The position numbers and the translations under genes are program-made. Shown here one piece after another: positions 35,778-40,630 of a stretch of 40,630 nt of DNA. Source of the stretch: Candidatus Krumholzibacteriia bacterium (lineage in GTDB: Bacteria > Krumholzibacteriota > Krumholzibacteriia > WVZY01); NCBI GenBank assembly GCA_046754105.1, contig JBHHVD010000021.1:1-40630 (forward strand), in the 5' to 3' direction. The notes below the pieces were generated by a model, which did no database searches, was not told where the DNA came from, and saw only the letters and a program-made list of their open reading frames with translations. Position 1 is the first letter of the stretch. Every line of letters starts with the position of its first letter.

Positions 35778-37232
35778 CTACGCACTCTCTTCTATGAGCC
35801 GCGCTTTCTCGCGCAGGACCTCGAGCGCCTGCTCGATGGTATCGAGATGGGTGCGAAAACTCAAAACGGCCAGGCGCAGTACGAACGTGTCGCCGAGCAG
35901 CGTCGACGTGATGAACACGCGCCCGTCCTGCTGAACCTCCCGCACCAGTCTGCGGTTGAACTCGTTGGCGTCGCCGTGCCTGGGCACGTAGCGGTAGGTC
36001 ATGACAGAAAGATCCGGCAACGGCCCCGCTTCGAAGCCGTCGACGCGCTGGATTTCCGAGTGGAAATGGCGGGTGAGGAGCAGTTTCTCCTCGAGGCACG
36101 CCCGGAACGGCTTCAGCCCGAAGAGCTTCAGCGGCAGCCACATGCGCATGCCCCGGTAGTGGCGTGTCAACTCGGGCGAGTGGTCGGCGGGCGAGTACTC
36201 GTCGGCCGCCTCGTCGGCGTCTTGCATGTAGTGGGCCTGGTAGGCGTGCGCCTTGTGCAGGTGCGTCTTGTCTCTCACCACAACCGCGCCGGTCCCGTAG
36301 GGGAGGAAGAGCCCTTTGTGGGGGTCCATGACGATGGAATCGCACCGCTCCATACCTTGCAGAATCCGCGGACCCTCCTCACACAGGATAAAGAAACCAC
36401 CGTAGGCGGCGTCGACGTGGAACCACAACCCGTAGCGCGCGGCGACGTCGCCAATGGCGGCGAGCGGGTCGACCGCGCCGGTATCCGTGGTGCCGGCGGA
36501 AGCGATTACGAGCCAGGGATTGAGGCCCGCCTTCTTGTCGGCTTCGACCGCCGCTTGCAACACGTCGGCGCGCATGCGGTATTTCTCGTCGAGAGCGATG
36601 CGACGCACGACACACTCGCCGAGCCCGGCGATGCGCAGCGCCTTGTCCAGCGAGTGATGCACCTGGCCGGTAAGATACACGACGGTCGTTTCGAAATCCC
36701 TGCCGCGCAACTCGTGGGCGTCCCGCGCGGTGACGATCGCCACGAGGTTGGCGACGCTGCCGCCGGAGGTCAGGTCGCCCGCCGCCGCCGGCGGGTAGCC
36801 GATGATTTTCGCCATCCACCGGGTCAACATGTGCTCCATGCGTACCGCCCCGGGACCGACGAAATAAATGCCTGCAAAACGGTTGGTGACGTCGGCCAGG
36901 TAGTCGCCCAGCGCCGCCGGGTACACGCCACCGCCGGGAATGTAACCGAGGGGCCCGCCGGAAGCCGGATTGAGAGCGACGGCGTCGACGTTATCGCGGA
37001 TCAGATCGAGAGCGGTCGCAATGTCGATCGGATCGTCGGAAATGGGCGAGTCGTAGAGCCCCCGTCCCTCGCCGTGCCCGGCGACGAACGCCGGCAGCTC
37101 GTAGATCTTGTCGAGAAACTCGGCGGCATAGCCCGTCACGCGCGCGGTGATCTGTGCCCGTTCCTCGTGCGAGGGCTCCAGGCGACGCGAAACGGGTTCG
37201 ATGTCCCGTATCTGTTTTGTGTACCGGCTCAT
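35778..37232 (-). CDS. Group II PLP-dependent (aromatic amino acid/glutamate-type) decarboxylase
   Basis: TSGGSVANL, HHSLDKA, AGTTDTGAVD, HVDAAYGG, DPHK (PLP Lys), SPELTRH. Confidence 0.88.
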   Translation of the reverse strand: MSRYTKQIRDIEPVSRRLEPSHEERAQITARVTGYAAEFLDKIYELPAFVAGHGEGRGLYDSPISDDPIDIATALDLIRDNVDAVALNPASGGPLGYIPGGGVYPAALGDYLADVTNRFAGIYFVGPGAVRMEHMLTRWMAKIIGYPPAAAGDLTSGGSVANLVAIVTARDAHELRGRDFETTVVYLTGQVHHSLDKALRIAGLGECVVRRIALDEKYRMRADVLQAAVEADKKAGLNPWLVIASAGTTDTGAVDPLAAIGDVAARYGLWFHVDAAYGGFFILCEEGPRILQGMERCDSIVMDPHKGLFLPYGTGAVVVRDKTHLHKAHAYQAHYMQDADEAADEYSPADHSPELTRHYRGMRMWLPLKLFGLKPFRACLEEKLLLTRHFHSEIQRVDGFEAGPLPDLSVMTYRYVPRHGDANEFNRRLVREVQQDGRVFITSTLLGDTFVLRLAVLSFRTHLDTIEQALEVLREKARLIEESA

Positions 37233-37457
37233 GGGCACTCTCCAAGTCTATAAATTACAAGGAATTGCGATGCATTGCAAGCGGGTTTCCGGCCCAGGTG
37301 CCGCCACGCTGCCGGCCGGCCCCGTCACCTGCGCGGCGCGGCCGCGCGGGACGAGGGCGGGTTGGATTTTGGGGCGCCGTTTGTGTATATTCCGGTAAAC
37401 GATAGTGATCGCCCCTCGACCGGGCGCGCGTGCCCCGATACAACGGAGGTCCAATGC

Positions 37458-37742
37458 ATGGCCAAGGCTATCTGGCGAGGCACTGTGATCGCGGAAAGCG
37501 ATACGATCCAGGAGGTGGAAGGCAACCTCTACTTTCCACCCGATTCGGTCAAGAGGGAATACTTAACGGAGAGCGATACGAAGAGCGTGTGCCCGTGGAA
37601 GGGTACCGCCAGCTACTATCACATCGAGGTCGGCGGCGCATCCAACCAGGACGCGGCGTGGTACTATCCCGACCCCAGTGAAGCGGCAATGAACATCAAG
37701 AACCACCTCGCATTCTGGCGCGGGGTCGAAGTGTACGACTAG
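37458..37742 (+). CDS. DUF427 domain protein
   Basis: VIAESD, VEGNLYFPPDS, CPWKGTASYY, AAWYYPDP, AFWRGV; GGAGG upstream. Confidence 0.9.
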   Translation: MAKAIWRGTVIAESDTIQEVEGNLYFPPDSVKREYLTESDTKSVCPWKGTASYYHIEVGGASNQDAAWYYPDPSEAAMNIKNHLAFWRGVEVYD

Positions 37743-37814
37743 CGCAAAGTGCAACCCGTAACGCCGCACGGCGCCCGGACGGCTCCGGTTGAAGAGCCAC
37801 GCTCCCCTCGCGAG

Positions 37815-37830
37815 AAACCGTGGCGGTTTT
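37815..37830. terminator. Possible short bidirectional terminator between convergent DUF427 and pckA
   Basis: AAACCG-TGG-CGGTTT followed by T, abutting the pckA stop; the stem is weak. Confidence 0.3.
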
Positions 37831-39431
37831 TAGCGTGGACCCGCTGCCAACACCTCCGGCCGCACGTTGCCCTCGAACTGCTTGAAGTTTTCCTTGAAAA
37901 GCCCGACGAGTTCCCGGGCCCGGGTCCGGTAGGCCTCCTTGTCGGACCACGTATTCTGCGGGTCCAGCACTTCGGCCGGCACGCCGGGACAGGACGCCGG
38001 CACGCGCAGACCGAGGACCGCGTCCTCGCGCATTTCAGCGTCTTCGAGCGCTCCAGTGAGCGCCGCGTCGATCATCGCGCGCGAGTGGGCGATTTTCATC
38101 CTCGACCCGACACCGTACGGACCGCCGCTCCAGCCGGTGTTCACCAGCCAGCACTTCGCGTGGTTCTGGCGAATGCGCTCGCTGAGAAGCTTGCTGTAGA
38201 CGGTCGGAGGATGCACCAGGAACGGCGCACCGAAACAAGTACTGAAAGTCGCAGACGGGCTCTTGCCCAAACCCTTCTCCGTACCCGCGACCTTTGCCGT
38301 GTAGCCAGAGAGAAAATGATACATCGCCTGCTCGGGGGTTAGCGCAGCGATCGGCGGCATGACGCCCGACGCGTCACAGGTGAGCATGATCACGTTTTTC
38401 GGGTGCCCGCCCTGCCCATCGGGTACGACGTTGGGAATGTGTGTCAGGGGATAGGACGCGCGCGTGTTCTCGGTGATACGGTCGTCGTCGAGATCCAGGC
38501 GCCGGGTATCGGGATCGAATACGACGTTCTCGAGCAGCGTGCCGAAACGGCGCGTCGTCTCGAAGATCTCCGGCTCGGATTCGGCACTGAGCCGGATCGC
38601 CTTGGCGTAACACCCGCCTTCGAAGTTGAAGACTCCCCTCTCCGACCAGCCGTGTTCGTCGTCTCCGATCAGGCGCCGTTTCGGGTCGGCCGACAACGTG
38701 GTTTTCCCTGTGCCCGAAAGACCGAAGAAAAGCGCCGCGTCGCCCGCCTCGCCGGCGTTGGCACTACAGTGCATGCTGGCGACGTTTTTTAGCGGCAGCA
38801 GATAGTTCAGAACCGCAAAAATCGACTTCTTGATCTCGCCCGCATAGCCGGTGCCGCCGATCAGAACCATTTTCCTGGCAAAATTGAGGAGAATGAACGC
38901 CTCGTTGTTGGTGCCGTCGGTTCGCGGGTCGGCCTTGAGCCCTGGAGCGCCGATCACCGTGAACTCCGGTGCGTGGTTGCGCAGCTCCTCGGCGGAATCG
39001 ATCCCTCGAAACATGGTGCGCGCGAAGAGCGAATGCCACGCCCATTCGGTCACGATGCGGATCGGGAGCCGGTGTTCAGCATCGGCTCCGGCCCGGCAGT
39101 CCTGCACGTAGACGTCCTTGCCAGCGAGATACTTCCGCATGCGATCCAGCATGCGATCGAACCGTTCGGGTGCGAACGGGACGTTCACCTTGCCCCACCA
39201 GATATTTCCGGCGCTCGTGTCCTCCTCGACGACGAATTTGTCGTCGGGGGAGCGGCCGGTGTAGGGACTTGTGTCGACCACGAGCGGCCCGGCGTGCGCG
39301 ATTTGGCCCTCGGCGTTCCGTACCGCGTGCTCGTACAACGTTTCGGGCGGCAGTGACCAGTATACGTTGCGCAGATTGGTTAGCGGGATTGTGTTCAGCC
39401 CTACCTTGGGGGTTTGCCCGGCGCCGGTCAT
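37830..39431 (-). CDS. pckA: Phosphoenolpyruvate carboxykinase (ATP)
   Basis: TGRSPDDK, YAGEIKKS, MHCSAN, FFGLSGTGKTTLS, IGDDEHGW, FNFEGGCYAK, ENTR; GGAGG RBS. Confidence 0.97.
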   Translation of the reverse strand: MTGAGQTPKVGLNTIPLTNLRNVYWSLPPETLYEHAVRNAEGQIAHAGPLVVDTSPYTGRSPDDKFVVEEDTSAGNIWWGKVNVPFAPERFDRMLDRMRKYLAGKDVYVQDCRAGADAEHRLPIRIVTEWAWHSLFARTMFRGIDSAEELRNHAPEFTVIGAPGLKADPRTDGTNNEAFILLNFARKMVLIGGTGYAGEIKKSIFAVLNYLLPLKNVASMHCSANAGEAGDAALFFGLSGTGKTTLSADPKRRLIGDDEHGWSERGVFNFEGGCYAKAIRLSAESEPEIFETTRRFGTLLENVVFDPDTRRLDLDDDRITENTRASYPLTHIPNVVPDGQGGHPKNVIMLTCDASGVMPPIAALTPEQAMYHFLSGYTAKVAGTEKGLGKSPSATFSTCFGAPFLVHPPTVYSKLLSERIRQNHAKCWLVNTGWSGGPYGVGSRMKIAHSRAMIDAALTGALEDAEMREDAVLGLRVPASCPGVPAEVLDPQNTWSDKEAYRTRARELVGLFKENFKQFEGNVRPEVLAAGPR

Positions 39432-39644
39432 ATCAACCTCCGAGAGACAATTCGGTGATAACAGGGATAGGCAAGGAGCGTTCCCGTATCTGGCGGAAAC
39501 TTCAAGAGTGAGCGTATCCTTCGGCCGCCGGAAACTCGCGGCGGCAACGGCAGTTGCCACCGGCCACATTAGACGTTGCCGCGAGGCTTTTCAACTGATT
39601 TCTCGGCACCCCACGGGGTTGGGGGCCGGCTCGTAAGCACAAAG

Positions 39645-39673
39645 TTGACACGTGGCCGCTTTTAGCGTAGCGT
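39645..39673 (+). promoter_or_regulatory. Putative sigma70 promoter upstream of the kinase gene
   Basis: TTGACA-N17-TAGCGT. Confidence 0.4.
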
Positions 39674-39814
39674 TCCCAAAGGGACTGCTGGACGTCACGA
39701 GCGCCGTTGAGCGATCTCTTCCCGTGTCTGCCGCGTTGGCGGCGGCATCCGCGGCCGGCGTCTCGCGGTCCGGTCTCGTCACATGCGGGTCGACCGGGAC
39801 CCGATGGGTATATC

Positions 39815-40627
39815 GTGATTGGCCAGCGGATATCTCATTACGAAATCACCGATCGTATCAGCGAAGGTGAGATGGGGACGGTGTACCGGGCGCAGGATCT
39901 CTTGCTCGACCGCGCCGTCGCCATCAAGATGGTCAGGCCGTCCGAGCGCGCCCCGAAACTCGCCACCGACCGTTTCCTGTGCGAAGCGGAGTCCATAGCG
40001 CAGATCGACCACCCCAACGTCGTGGCTCTCTACGAGGTCGTCCACAAGGGGGACGTGAATTTTCTCGTCATGCAATACGTCCGTGGGACCTCGCTGCGGG
40101 AGCGAATGGACCGGCGCGAGGTCTCGATCGCCGACGCCCTTCGCTTCGCCCGCGAGGTAGCCGGAGGGCTGGGAGCGGCGCACAAGTTGGGCGTGGTGCA
40201 TCGCGACGTCAAACCGGCCAACATCATGATCGACGAGACCGGCACTTGCAAGGTCGTCGATTTCGGCGTCGCCCGCCTCGTCGACCGGGCCCATTCGTCG
40301 CCGCCGAAGCGGAGGCTGATCGGCACACTGCTCTACATGGCTCCCGAGCAGGTCCGTGGCAAGACGGCGGACGCCCGGGCGGACGTCTACGCGCTCGGCG
40401 TCGTGCTGTTCGAGATGCTCACCGGCCGGCTGCCGTTCGAGAGCGAGGAGGAACCCGCCCTCTTCTACCAGATCATGAACGTCGACCCGCCCGCGGCGAG
40501 CACGATCGTGCCTGGGATTCCGGGGGGCGCGGATCGCGTGATCGGCAAGGCGATGGCCAAGGACCGCGCCCGGCGCTACCGGTCCTGCGACCGCATGCTG
40601 CGCGACCTGAAGAAGCTACGCCCGTAA
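39815..40627 (+). CDS. Hanks-type Ser/Thr protein kinase (catalytic domain only)
   Basis: (M)IGQRISHYEI start, VAIK, HRDVKPAN, DFG, YMAPE, DVYALG; stop TAA at 40625-40627. Confidence 0.88.
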   Translation: MIGQRISHYEITDRISEGEMGTVYRAQDLLLDRAVAIKMVRPSERAPKLATDRFLCEAESIAQIDHPNVVALYEVVHKGDVNFLVMQYVRGTSLRERMDRREVSIADALRFAREVAGGLGAAHKLGVVHRDVKPANIMIDETGTCKVVDFGVARLVDRAHSSPPKRRLIGTLLYMAPEQVRGKTADARADVYALGVVLFEMLTGRLPFESEEEPALFYQIMNVDPPAASTIVPGIPGGADRVIGKAMAKDRARRYRSCDRMLRDLKKLRP

Positions 40628-40630
40628 TGC

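Noticed and set aside
39432..39814. Riboswitch or ncRNA in the pckA/kinase intergenic region (also considered for 1601-1941)
   Set aside because: Only generic GC hairpins are present and I recognise no conserved riboswitch motif; an Rfam/Infernal scan would settle it.

Overview
GC-rich bacterial chromosomal window with no rRNA, tRNA, CRISPR array or mobile element that I can see. A C-terminal 'QNHPNPFNP...VWDGRD...SGVYFYRL' (FlgD-Ig) surface protein suggests an FCB-associated lineage such as Krumholzibacteriota, Latescibacterota or Eisenbacteria (inference only). Contents in order: partial pilT; mscS; a tight three-gene unit (Omp85 barrel + lipoprotein with an atypical kinase fold + NTT/TLC-like nucleotide carrier); a small 4-Cys protein; an ABC-2 exporter; two unknowns, one of them an outer-membrane barrel; a Thauera-type anaerobic benzoyl-CoA cluster (had-oah-dch-TetR-bcrCBAD-SDR) preceded by a perfect FNR box; MarR-pirin-nitroreductase; a stand-alone 61-aa bacterial histone; sugar-modification genes; a 14-repeat LVIVD/FlgD protein; terB-like, MBL hydrolase, GNAT and DinB genes; an FAH homolog with altered active-site residues; a PLP decarboxylase; DUF427; pckA; and a kinase-domain-only Ser/Thr kinase. 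The best candidate for an undescribed system is the Omp85/kinase/nucleotide-carrier operon, which may perform periplasmic phosphorylation with its own nucleotide supply. The histone is the next most notable feature. All family calls come from motif recognition, not database searches.
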